From IMG/VR virus record IMGVR_UViG_3300005337_000001, positions 1 to 64,000 of that record: 64,000 bases of DNA, one strand, 5' to 3'. Below the pieces are notes generated by a model. That model was not told where the DNA came from. It was given only the letters and a program-made list of their open reading frames with translations, and did not search any database. Of this stretch, positions 8,729 through 16,361 are shown one piece after another. This DNA is from a virus. A program made the translations under genes and the position numbers. The first letter of the stretch is position 1. Every line of letters begins with the position of its first letter.

Positions 8729-9309
8729 TAGATCTCATCCCACTCCTCATGCCCGCGGTTGCAGCAGCTTACGCATTCATCCACGGCTACGAAGCGAAGC
8801 ACCACACGGAAGCCGGTGTCCTGATGGTGACGGTACCGGTACTGATGTGGCTGCTCTGGGGCCGCGTTATGTATGACCGCAAGAAGTTCCTCGACAGCTG
8901 CACATGGCTTCCAACCTACGGCTTCATGGTGGTGCCAGACACCAGAGTGCCCGAACAAGAACGGTACCTGCTGCCCGCTGAACAGGAATTTGACAGCGTC
9001 GTAGCCAGCACGGTGAACGCTTGGAAACCGTTTCATCCTGAAGCCGACAGCCTCATGCACAGAAGTGTGAAGTGGCTCACATTCCGCAAGGACTTGAACG
9101 AGGTGCCGCTCACTCCAAAGATTGGCCTAGTGAAAGGTCTCACCACAGGCTGGGGTACCGAAATCTTCATCGACTACGACAATCGGCTGGACGTGCTCGA
9201 GAAGACGGCGTTCGAGCATGAGCTCGGTCACGTGATCCACGGCCTGGCTACGAACACCTGGGACCAAGAAGAACACCACGCCTTCATGAAGAAGAACCAT
9301 CTCCGCTAA
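8701..9309 (+). CDS. membrane-anchored zincin-like metallopeptidase
   Basis: Two N-terminal hydrophobic segments; HELGH (HExxH) near the C-terminus. Confidence 0.6.
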   Translation: MKKPSWFQPLDLIPLLMPAVAAAYAFIHGYEAKHHTEAGVLMVTVPVLMWLLWGRVMYDRKKFLDSCTWLPTYGFMVVPDTRVPEQERYLLPAEQEFDSVVASTVNAWKPFHPEADSLMHRSVKWLTFRKDLNEVPLTPKIGLVKGLTTGWGTEIFIDYDNRLDVLEKTAFEHELGHVIHGLATNTWDQEEHHAFMKKNHLR

Positions 9310-9313
9310 GACG

Positions 9314-9871
9314 GTGCTGGAAGAATACACACCACTGGTTCACCAAATCGTTGGCGGCTTCCTCAAACGGCTGCCGCGCAACATTCTTCGGGAGGACCTG
9401 CTAGCAGCTGGAATGGGAGGGCTGTGGGACGCCATTCATCGTCATCCCGACGGCGGCGACGAGAGCTTCGAGTGGTACGTGCGGGTTCGCGTCCGCGGCG
9501 CCATCTTGGACGAGCTGCGTGCACAAGATTGGCTGCCGCGCCGAGCTCGGGAAACAGCAAAGACTGACAAGACGACGCTTCCTGCCGTCGTGCGTTACGA
9601 CGACCTGAGCGCAGATGAGCAAAGGAGCCTCTTCGGCTACGACATCAACGTCGACGAGCTATTAGATTGCAGTCGGAGGCTTCGACAACTCCTCGTCCAC
9701 GTCGATGATCTACCGACACGCGAGCGCTACATCATCACCGAACACTACTTCCGTGACGTCAGGCTCAAGGACCTGGCTGTAGAACTTGGGATCTCGGCAC
9801 CACGCGTCTCACAACTTCATGCGCGCGCCCTCACTCATTTGCGTGATCTCGCCAAGCTTACGGAACGTTGA
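9314..9871 (+). CDS. FliA/WhiG-type RNA polymerase sigma factor (regions 2 and 4; region 3 reduced)
   Basis: REDLLAAGMGGLWDA..RVRGAILDELRAQDWLPR; LPTRERYIITEHYFRDVRLKDLAVELGISAPRVSQLHARAL. Confidence 0.9.
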   Translation: MLEEYTPLVHQIVGGFLKRLPRNILREDLLAAGMGGLWDAIHRHPDGGDESFEWYVRVRVRGAILDELRAQDWLPRRARETAKTDKTTLPAVVRYDDLSADEQRSLFGYDINVDELLDCSRRLRQLLVHVDDLPTRERYIITEHYFRDVRLKDLAVELGISAPRVSQLHARALTHLRDLAKLTER

Positions 9872-9963
9872 GGGTTGCGCAAGGGTATTGCGTGAGGCTT
9901 TTTCTTTGCCTACGATGTACTTGCCCCCGGGCCCACGGGTTACCGGACGGCGAAAGGAAGTAC

Positions 9964-10605
9964 ATGGAATCGAACAAAATCGAGAACGATGTTCCGCCCG
10001 CGCCCGAGAGCTGGAAGGACCTGCCCGGCGAGCTGGTGATGAGGTTCGAAGCTGACCCTGCTCGAGCTCACGACACCTACGGCTTCGAGTGGCAGGTGAA
10101 AAAGCTCGAGGCTGGCAAGCACTACGAGCTGAAGGAAGGCCAGACACGTAGGATCTACTTCGAAGCATCGACGCCTTACCGCCACTGCGTGTACGCCGGC
10201 GAGAGTGCTGAAGAGGCGGTGGCTGCCCTGATGAAAGGCATGGCGCTGCTCAGCCGAGAGGGCGCCATCAACCCCAACAACCCACATGGTGTCGGCGCTC
10301 CGATCATCCAGCACGCCATGGAGGTGTTGTCCGAGCGCCTACTATGGAACGTCGAGCAGCGTCAGAACCACTTGGTGACGGGCGGCTACGCAGACTCCCC
10401 CGGCAACATCTGGCCTTCTCCCTACTCCTCAGCGCGATACGCCAGTGCCTTTCCTGAGGGTGAAGACCAAGGCGGTGCTAAAAGCAAGCAAGCGCGCGAG
10501 GAAGCCTTCAACGAGCAGATGGTCAGGGCTGTTGCACGTGACAACGAAATCGTCTCGGCGCTGGCCACAGCCATCGCAGCCCTCGCTCGTGTGAAGGACA
10601 TCTAA
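9964..10605 (+). CDS. hypothetical protein
   Basis: GGAAG RBS before MESNKI; possible HicB-like segment YAGESAEEAVAAL. Confidence 0.65.
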   Translation: MESNKIENDVPPAPESWKDLPGELVMRFEADPARAHDTYGFEWQVKKLEAGKHYELKEGQTRRIYFEASTPYRHCVYAGESAEEAVAALMKGMALLSREGAINPNNPHGVGAPIIQHAMEVLSERLLWNVEQRQNHLVTGGYADSPGNIWPSPYSSARYASAFPEGEDQGGAKSKQAREEAFNEQMVRAVARDNEIVSALATAIAALARVKDI

Positions 10606-10940
10606 GCAGCCGCTGCTGCTAGTTGCACCGGGGCCAGAGGGAGCTCGCGCAGATACGCGTTGGCTCCCTCTCCCATAAAGGCTGCCGCAGTCCAGGCTCC
10701 GTTCAGGTCGGGCTCCCCGAATACCTGACAGGTCGTGCGGTTGTAGTCACGCTCCAGCACGAGCTCTGTCAACGTCGCTTCGTCTGCTACTTGTTTCACG
10801 ATCACATTGTTCGACGTGTCGTACCAAGCTCTGGCCTCAGTTTGGTGCTCGAGCACGAATTGAATGGCAGCATGGATGGCCTGCGCCATCTGCAAGCCAG
10901 GGTCGAGATCTGCACGCACGACGATGAACAGCTTCAGCAT
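10602..10940 (-). CDS. Pth2-family peptidyl-tRNA hydrolase-like protein
   Basis: KLFIVVRADLDPGLQMAQAIHAA..FGEPDLNGAWTAAAF. Confidence 0.8.
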   Translation of the reverse strand: MLKLFIVVRADLDPGLQMAQAIHAAIQFVLEHQTEARAWYDTSNNVIVKQVADEATLTELVLERDYNRTTCQVFGEPDLNGAWTAAAFMGEGANAYLRELPLAPVQLAAAAA

Positions 10941-10952
10941 TTTTCGTGTCCT

Positions 10953-10965
10953 TTCGGGGATAAGA
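10953..10965 (+). promoter_or_regulatory. phage promoter-like motif TTCGGGGATAAGA
   Basis: Recurrent motif about 20 nt before the ATG at 10987. Confidence 0.75.
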
Positions 10966-10986
10966 GAGATGAAGGAGAGAAGCTAC

Positions 10987-11310
10987 ATGGAACAATCAGC
11001 AGAGGTATTTTCAACGACGTTACGGAAGCACGAGATTGCAGCTAGGCGCGTAGGACGCTACGAGCTCTCGAATTGGCTCAGCGAATGCGCTGCCGCGGTT
11101 GAGGCCGGCGACAGGAAATTGCACATCTCCCGGCGCTTCCCACATGGCAATCGCAAGGAGATCGACCGAGAAGGTCGCCGCTTCTACGGACTCACGCATG
11201 GACTGTTCAGCCCCAAAGCCTTTGGTAAGAGAGGCGGTTGCGCTGCGCAGCACATCGAAGACATGCTCGACAAAGTCACACGAGACGCAGCACACAAGAA
11301 GGAGATCTGA
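10987..11310 (+). CDS. hypothetical protein
   Basis: AAGGAG RBS before MEQSAE. Confidence 0.65.
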   Translation: MEQSAEVFSTTLRKHEIAARRVGRYELSNWLSECAAAVEAGDRKLHISRRFPHGNRKEIDREGRRFYGLTHGLFSPKAFGKRGGCAAQHIEDMLDKVTRDAAHKKEI

Positions 11311-11313
11311 ATC

Positions 11314-11949
11314 ATGTTTGTACTTGGACACGCCACGGAAGATGAAATTGCCGCACTCATGAACAACGGCTACGACGTCGAAGAAGCTAGCGGCTTTGGG
11401 CGCGTCGTCGGACGTGAATCGGACACGTTGATGCTGCCGCCGGAGCCCTCGCCATCGAGGACCCGCGCTGTTGTCATTTTCCTCGACACCACCTTGACCG
11501 AAGTGGTGCACAACAACGAGCACGGGAGCTACAACCCAGACGGGTTCACCGATCGCGGGGAACACCACAAACACGGTGAAGAACGCGTCTGGCCCGAGCT
11601 CCCCTTCGACGAGGAGTTCTTGCGCATCATCCTGCTGCAGAACCGCATCCTTGGACGGGACACCACCATGGAGCCGTTCGCCAGCTACCGCGACGAGCTC
11701 GAGTGGCGGCGGACCGACAAGCACGTGCTCGAGACCGAAGGAGGCAAGAAGCTCCCCGTCGAACGCATCGCCGAACGGCACCGCATTCTCGCTAACCTGA
11801 GGGAGATCAGCACCGAACAGAACCACCTGGCTGCGCGGCAGCTGAAGGAGCTCTGCTCGCACAAGTACGAAGACGGCAAGGACGCCACCGCTGGCGTCCC
11901 GGTCTCCGGCGAACGCTGGTGCAGGACCTGCGGATCGCAATTCGATTGA
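11314..11949 (+). CDS. hypothetical protein with C-terminal CxxC
   Basis: AAGGAG RBS; WCRTCG. Confidence 0.7.
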   Translation: MFVLGHATEDEIAALMNNGYDVEEASGFGRVVGRESDTLMLPPEPSPSRTRAVVIFLDTTLTEVVHNNEHGSYNPDGFTDRGEHHKHGEERVWPELPFDEEFLRIILLQNRILGRDTTMEPFASYRDELEWRRTDKHVLETEGGKKLPVERIAERHRILANLREISTEQNHLAARQLKELCSHKYEDGKDATAGVPVSGERWCRTCGSQFD

Positions 11950-11959
11950 GAGCTCTCGG

Positions 11960-11988
11960 GAGAGCGGGCAACCGCTTTCTCGTAGCCC
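11960..11988 (+). terminator. hairpin-U-tract-TAGCCC terminator-like element
   Basis: GAGAGCGG-GCAA-CCGCTTTC-TCG-TAGCCC. Confidence 0.75.
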
Positions 11989-11993
11989 TTCAG

Positions 11994-12068
11994 CGCACCC
12001 CGCTGGACTTGAACCAGCGACCACCGGGTTATTCAATCCTGGTGCTCTACCAACTGAGCTAGGGGTGC
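11994..12068 (-). tRNA. tRNA-like RNA, atypical anticodon arm (central GAA, Phe-like; identity ambiguous)
   Basis: Acceptor GCACCCC/GGGGTGC, D arm GCTC-AGTTGGTA-GAGC, T arm GCTGG-TTCAAGT-CCAGC; anticodon region CCAGGA-TTGAATA-ACCCGG; no encoded CCA. Confidence 0.75.
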
Positions 12069-12115
12069 ATGTGACGGCGGCGACAAGGACGAGTCCAAGT
12101 ACGGCCCGCCGTCGG

Positions 12116-12189
12116 TGGGAAAGGATGGAGTTGAACCACCGACCTCGTGGGCTGTTGGCCCACACGCTCTGCCGCTGAGCTACTTTCCC
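12116..12189 (-). tRNA. tRNA-like RNA, atypical anticodon arm (central AAC, Val-like)
   Basis: Acceptor GGGAAAG/CTTTCCC, D arm GCTC-AGCGGCA-GAGC, T arm GGTGG-TTCAACT-CCATC; anticodon region TGTGGG-CCAACAG-CCCACG. Confidence 0.75.
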
Positions 12190-12196
12190 AAAACGC

Positions 12197-12229
12197 AAAA
12201 ACCCCGCTAGGCAAAGTGCCCGCAGGGTT
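12197..12229 (-). terminator. hairpin plus U-tract immediately upstream of the tRNA pair (terminator or processing stem)
   Basis: AACCCTGCGGGCA-CTT-TGCCTAGCGGGGTT-TTT. Confidence 0.4.
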
Positions 12230-12307
12230 CGTAGGAGACTAACCAGGCCCGGAGGCTGTCGGTCAAATCTTCATCGCCAGGCCATTCTATCCAGCTGGGT
12301 GGCGCCG

Positions 12308-12568
12308 TCAAGGCCCCTGCGGCAGCTCGCGCACGACCAGCACGGCGGTCTCCATCGCCTGCTTGGCCTTCTCCTTGGCGGCTTCAACAGAGGCCTCGAG
12401 CCCCACGCCCAGCGGCACGCCGGCGCTCCAGGCCGCCCATTGGTAGGCGGGCCCGTCGACAGCCTTCTCGACCTTGGCCAGGAGCTGAGTACCTTTGACG
12501 CGGCCGACCCAAAGGGGGAGCTCTACCCACTCCAGCTTCTTGGGAAATTCGATGAGCTTGGCAGGCAC
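12308..12568 (-). CDS. hypothetical protein
   Basis: GAGG RBS; ORF track. Confidence 0.6.
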   Translation of the reverse strand: MPAKLIEFPKKLEWVELPLWVGRVKGTQLLAKVEKAVDGPAYQWAAWSAGVPLGVGLEASVEAAKEKAKQAMETAVLVVRELPQGP

Positions 12569-12615
12569 CTCATGAGCCTACCTCGGAGACTCCGCTCCCA
12601 CAAGTTCATCCCCGT

Positions 12616-12628
12616 TTCGGGAATAAGA
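12616..12628 (+). promoter_or_regulatory. phage promoter-like motif TTCGGGAATAAGA
   Basis: Recurrent motif; shares upstream CAAGTTCATC with the 6944 copy. Confidence 0.75.
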
Positions 12629-12644
12629 GAAGTGGAGGACCGAC

Positions 12645-13028
12645 ATGACCAAGACCCAACCAGACTACTGCACGATCGTTGACATAGCTGCGCTCCGCGC
12701 GGCCATCCATGTGTGGCTACATACGTCGATCATTCACATCCACACCGTTGGCGGCGTGAAGCAGGACCTGTACCTCAAGATCATCGCGATGGCGATCTTG
12801 CGGCCATACGACGAGACGTTCGAGCGCTACCAAAGCGGAGACCAGGGATTGCTTGATGCTCGTCGCAAATGCAAACGCATCATCTTCAATCAACTGGCGC
12901 TAGACCCGACCGCCGTCTTGTACTTCCACGACGAAGTCATAGTTCAAGAGGGAGCCGCTGTAGAATCCGGGCATGCCTCTCAAGAGCTGGAAGATCACAC
13001 CGCAGTCCCACTACATTCGCCGGCGTGA
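12645..13028 (+). CDS. hypothetical protein
   Basis: GGAGG RBS. Confidence 0.7.
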   Translation: MTKTQPDYCTIVDIAALRAAIHVWLHTSIIHIHTVGGVKQDLYLKIIAMAILRPYDETFERYQSGDQGLLDARRKCKRIIFNQLALDPTAVLYFHDEVIVQEGAAVESGHASQELEDHTAVPLHSPA

Positions 13029-13265
13029 CAAGGCGCTGGTGGTGGTCGACTCACTCGATGGCCAGGGCGTGCGCTACCGGACGAAGCCCGCCCTAGTCGA
13101 GCACAAAGTTTCAATCGCTGGATTCAGGCAGGGCTTTCGGCCCGCCACAACGGAGGAGTTGGCTGGCCAACCACCTCAAAGTACGCTTGCGAAAAGCTGA
13201 AGCACAGCGAAACCCACTCACGTTCTAAACCCTCACTAGATCCGAACCTCGAAAGAAGACCGACC

Positions 13266-13472
13266 ATGAAAACCCGTATCCTCACCATTGCGATTCTCGG
13301 CGCTGCCATTCTCACCGCCGCGGTGCAAACTACGCACGCTCAAGAGCCACCTCCCGTACTTACGGGCAGTGATCTCGAGACGCGCGTGCAGGCATTGGAA
13401 GATTCCAACGCCGAGTTGCAAGACGAAGTTGCCGCCCTCGAAGACGCCGTCACGGCCCTGCAAAACCCGTAA
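13266..13472 (+). CDS. small secreted coiled-coil protein
   Basis: Signal peptide MKTRILTIAILGAAILTAAVQTTHA, then heptads LETRVQALEDSNAELQDEVAALED. Confidence 0.65.
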   Translation: MKTRILTIAILGAAILTAAVQTTHAQEPPPVLTGSDLETRVQALEDSNAELQDEVAALEDAVTALQNP

Positions 13473-13628
13473 CGACAGTTCTCTTTGAAGCATAGCGGGA
13501 GCGGGAACTACTACTGAGGGCTCGCGCAACGCGGCTCGCCAGAGTTCCCACAGTGAAGCTCCCGCTATGCCGGGATACCGAACAAGGAGCGTTATGCACG
13601 GACACAACGACGTGAAAGAGGCAACCCA

Positions 13629-13817
13629 ATGAAGTGGTTGCTACTGCTCGCACTGGCGTGGCCAGCAAACACAGAGCGCTGTAGAGCCAAGGAATTCCGC
13701 TGCGAGCTACGCTGCAACGAAGACACAAAGGGCGGGACGATGTCCCGTCTGAAATGCTACGACAAGTGCCGTGAAGATGAAGCAGACTGCCGGAAGTACG
13801 GGAGCGATGAACCCTAG
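13629..13817 (+). CDS. small secreted six-cysteine peptide
   Basis: MKWLLLLALAWPA signal-like; C-x6-C-x3-C-x13-C-x3-C-x6-C. Confidence 0.7.
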   Translation: MKWLLLLALAWPANTERCRAKEFRCELRCNEDTKGGTMSRLKCYDKCREDEADCRKYGSDEP

Positions 13818-14052
13818 CAGGATGCAACAGCAAGAGCTGCCGTTCGAAGAGCAGCTTCGGCCAGGGTGGCAGGGCAAGCGCTACTTGCTCTGTACCGACG
13901 GCGTCTGGCACCTTGCTCTGCGCATACTTGCAGGGGGCGTCGTCGACACGCAATGCTGCGCTGACGCTCAAGCCATCTTGCCTCCGCCAGAGGGCTCAAC
14001 CGAACAGATGTGCCAAGACTGCGTGAAGCTGCACTTCGCGCCGAAGAAGTAG
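13807..14052 (+). CDS. hypothetical Cys-containing protein
   Basis: ORF; start uncertain. Confidence 0.5.
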   Translation: MNPSRMQQQELPFEEQLRPGWQGKRYLLCTDGVWHLALRILAGGVVDTQCCADAQAILPPPEGSTEQMCQDCVKLHFAPKK

Positions 14053-14053
14053 A

Positions 14054-14401
14054 TCAGATGGCGTGGAGCATGGTGACCTTGCTACGTCTGTTGGCGGAGA
14101 GCTTGACGTAGAGCTCCATATCCGTGTGGGCGCCACGGGCCCTGTGCATCAACTCGTCGTGGGCTAGCCGCATGGCGGTGCCGACCGAGAACTCCTCCTG
14201 GTCGATGTGGGGGATCTGCTCGTACAAAAGTTCCCCACTGAGGCGATTGCACTCGCTGAAACCTTGCACCAGCCGGACGAGCAGTGGTTCATCGTCGTGG
14301 GTGACCTCGAGCTCGCCCGCATCCCTGTCCAACGCCGAAACCACGGTGTGCAGGCGCTGAAGCAAGTGCGTCGCCTGTTGGCACCTCTCTGAAAAATTCA
14401 T
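14054..14401 (-). CDS. hypothetical helical protein
   Basis: GAGGAG RBS before MNFSER. Confidence 0.6.
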   Translation of the reverse strand: MNFSERCQQATHLLQRLHTVVSALDRDAGELEVTHDDEPLLVRLVQGFSECNRLSGELLYEQIPHIDQEEFSVGTAMRLAHDELMHRARGAHTDMELYVKLSANRRSKVTMLHAI

Positions 14402-14420
14402 CGAATGAAACTCCTCGCAG

Positions 14421-14747
14421 TTGAGTGAGCCACCGAAAGGCAAGTACCAAACCATGAAGGAGACAGCAAGTAACGGCTGCCAGGTTTTGTCGGATGGTCG
14501 CCGAGTTTGGGTGAACGGTCTGTCCGGAGAATCACTGGCCCGCCTATCGGCATTTGGCGACCGTGTGATGATCGACATCCATCTGCCACTAGAAAAACAG
14601 AAGCAAACTGGCACCGAATGTCTCGACTGCCGCCACGACCTGACGGGAGCTGACGCTTGGAGGCACTTTGTTCAGTCCGTGAAGACCAACTACAACGTGG
14701 ACGTGGGACCAGAACGTCAGCCCGGTTGGGCCAAAGAGAAACCATGA
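14421..14747 (+). CDS. hypothetical protein
   Basis: Coupled ORF; ECLDC. Confidence 0.6.
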   Translation: MSEPPKGKYQTMKETASNGCQVLSDGRRVWVNGLSGESLARLSAFGDRVMIDIHLPLEKQKQTGTECLDCRHDLTGADAWRHFVQSVKTNYNVDVGPERQPGWAKEKP

Positions 14748-15259
14748 AACACATCGCATCGACGGTGCACGCAGTGGGCACCGACATGAACGAGTACACG
14801 TTGCTCGTGCTCATCGACTTCAGCGACATCCGCCTCGAGCAGCTGAAGAAGCTGCGCGCACTGATAATGGACATCGACAAGAAGGTGTTCGACTTGCGAC
14901 ACTCGTTCGCCTATCTGAAGCTATGGACCTCCGACGCCACCTGGCTGCACGTCCACGACTTGGAAGATGAAGCCACCGAGAAGATATTCGAAGCAGCCAG
15001 CTCTTCGGAGTACGGCTTCGTCGAGATCCCTAAGGACGTCTATGATGGACGCATGCGCGCTCACGACGTCAGCGACGGCGAGTACGCAGGTAAACAGCTG
15101 TGCACAGAGCTAGACTTCATTGAGCTCGACGACCGGGGCATCTTCTTCACATGCGCCGAAGACAACTCGCCGGCGTACTTCGAATCCCAGATCATCTCTT
15201 GGTGGCAACTATTCGACGAACCAAAACCGGAGGCTTCATGCGATCAGACACAAACGTAA
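14744..15259 (+). CDS. hypothetical acidic protein
   Basis: ATGA overlap at MKHIAST. Confidence 0.65.
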   Translation: MKHIASTVHAVGTDMNEYTLLVLIDFSDIRLEQLKKLRALIMDIDKKVFDLRHSFAYLKLWTSDATWLHVHDLEDEATEKIFEAASSSEYGFVEIPKDVYDGRMRAHDVSDGEYAGKQLCTELDFIELDDRGIFFTCAEDNSPAYFESQIISWWQLFDEPKPEASCDQTQT

Positions 15260-15573
15260 AGAACCTCAAACAACAGACGCCTCGCATCTGCCTCGAGTGT
15301 GGCAGCAACCGCAAGGTCGAGTTCTGCATCGCCTGTTACGCACCGGTGTGCCCCAGCCATCGAGCAGGGTTCGGTAGCGTGAGCGACGGCTACACTTGCA
15401 TGGGCTGTGTCGGCCACGGCTTTGGAGGTTTCGCTTCAGCAGCCGTAACGCCACTACCAGGCAGATGGCTCAAACGCGAGTACGGAGGCTGGCCACTGTG
15501 GCTCGTAGTACTCACGGGAGTAATCATCTTCTTGTTCATGCTCCTCATCGCAATAGGACCACCACCAAGATGA
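15238..15573 (+). CDS. zinc-finger protein with C-terminal membrane anchor
   Basis: CLEC..CIAC..CPSH..CMGC; hydrophobic C-terminus. Confidence 0.6.
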   Translation: MRSDTNVKNLKQQTPRICLECGSNRKVEFCIACYAPVCPSHRAGFGSVSDGYTCMGCVGHGFGGFASAAVTPLPGRWLKREYGGWPLWLVVLTGVIIFLFMLLIAIGPPPR

Positions 15574-16067
15574 TCAAGTACGTAAAGGGAGACGTGACCA
15601 AGCCCGAGAAGACGGACGGCATCTGCGTCATCGTCCACGTGTGCAACGACGAGGGCGGCTGGGGCCCGAAAGACAGGAGTGTCGCCGACGCCATCGGCAA
15701 GCGCTGGCCCGAAGCCAAGGACGAGTACAAGCAGCAATTCGCCGACGGCGCACCAGGGCTCAAACTCGGCGAGGTGCAGCTAGTCGCCATCGACGGCGAG
15801 AACACTGCGGGCAATCCACCGCTCTGGATTGCCAACTGCATCGCGCAGCACAACTACCGCAAGCCGGGTAACCTGCAGCCGTTCAAGTACGAGGCATTCG
15901 AAGCCTGCTGCGATTTCCTGGTGCGCACCTTTGCCGGTCAGAACGCGAGCTTCCACATGCCCAAGGTTGGCACGAAGCTAGGCGGTGCCGACTGGCACAG
16001 CGTCGAGCACATCATCGAGCGCACGCTAGAAGCAGCTGGGCTAGCCGTCACGGTTTACGTCCTGTGA
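15570..16067 (+). CDS. macrodomain (ADP-ribose binding/hydrolase, DarG/TARG1-like)
   Basis: IKYVKGDVT..VHVCNDEGGWG..LGEVQLV..IANCIAQH..FHMPKVGTKLGGADW. Confidence 0.9.
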   Translation: MIKYVKGDVTKPEKTDGICVIVHVCNDEGGWGPKDRSVADAIGKRWPEAKDEYKQQFADGAPGLKLGEVQLVAIDGENTAGNPPLWIANCIAQHNYRKPGNLQPFKYEAFEACCDFLVRTFAGQNASFHMPKVGTKLGGADWHSVEHIIERTLEAAGLAVTVYVL

Positions 16068-16327
16068 GCGAGCAGGGCATGTCCGTGCTCGACGAGCTCC
16101 TGCTGAAGAAAGATCTCTCGTACGAGGCGCTGTTCTACAAGTACGACGAAGCTGCGTCGAAGCCCTACAGGCACGTGCTCAACAAGAAGAAGCTGTCGCG
16201 TGAAGCTCAGCACGTGGTGAACGGCGCGTACAGATACTTGACGGGCATGGAGCTGCACGTGAACCGCTACTGGCTGGCGGAGTCGATGACCGAGGCCATC
16301 TGCGCTGCAGAGGCTTTCGACCTGTGA
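16064..16327 (+). CDS. hypothetical protein (LAESMTEAI motif variant)
   Basis: Coupled ORF. Confidence 0.6.
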   Translation: MSEQGMSVLDELLLKKDLSYEALFYKYDEAASKPYRHVLNKKKLSREAQHVVNGAYRYLTGMELHVNRYWLAESMTEAICAAEAFDL

Positions 16328-16332
16328 ACGTC

Positions 16333-16361
16333 GAAAGGGGCCTGCGCCCTTTCTCTAGCCC
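16333..16361 (+). terminator. hairpin-U-tract-TAGCCC terminator-like element
   Basis: GAAAGGG-GCCTGCG-CCCTTTC-TC-TAGCCC. Confidence 0.7.

Noticed and set aside
9395-9420. LLAAGM in the sigma factor as another copy of the ME-x-AL motif
   Set aside because: It is the conserved sigma region 2.2 helix and lacks the E-x-A-L half.
11020-12198. 392-aa minus-strand ORF
   Set aside because: It is the antisense shadow of two well-formed plus-strand genes and runs through both tRNA-like genes; it has no recognisable motifs.
12195-12265. Resemblance to the P2 arm of a c-di-GMP-I riboswitch (AGCCTCCG..TAGCGGGGTT on the minus strand)
   Set aside because: The P1 GNRA tetraloop and GGCAAA/GCAAA elements are absent; a simple hairpin plus U-tract explains the sequence.
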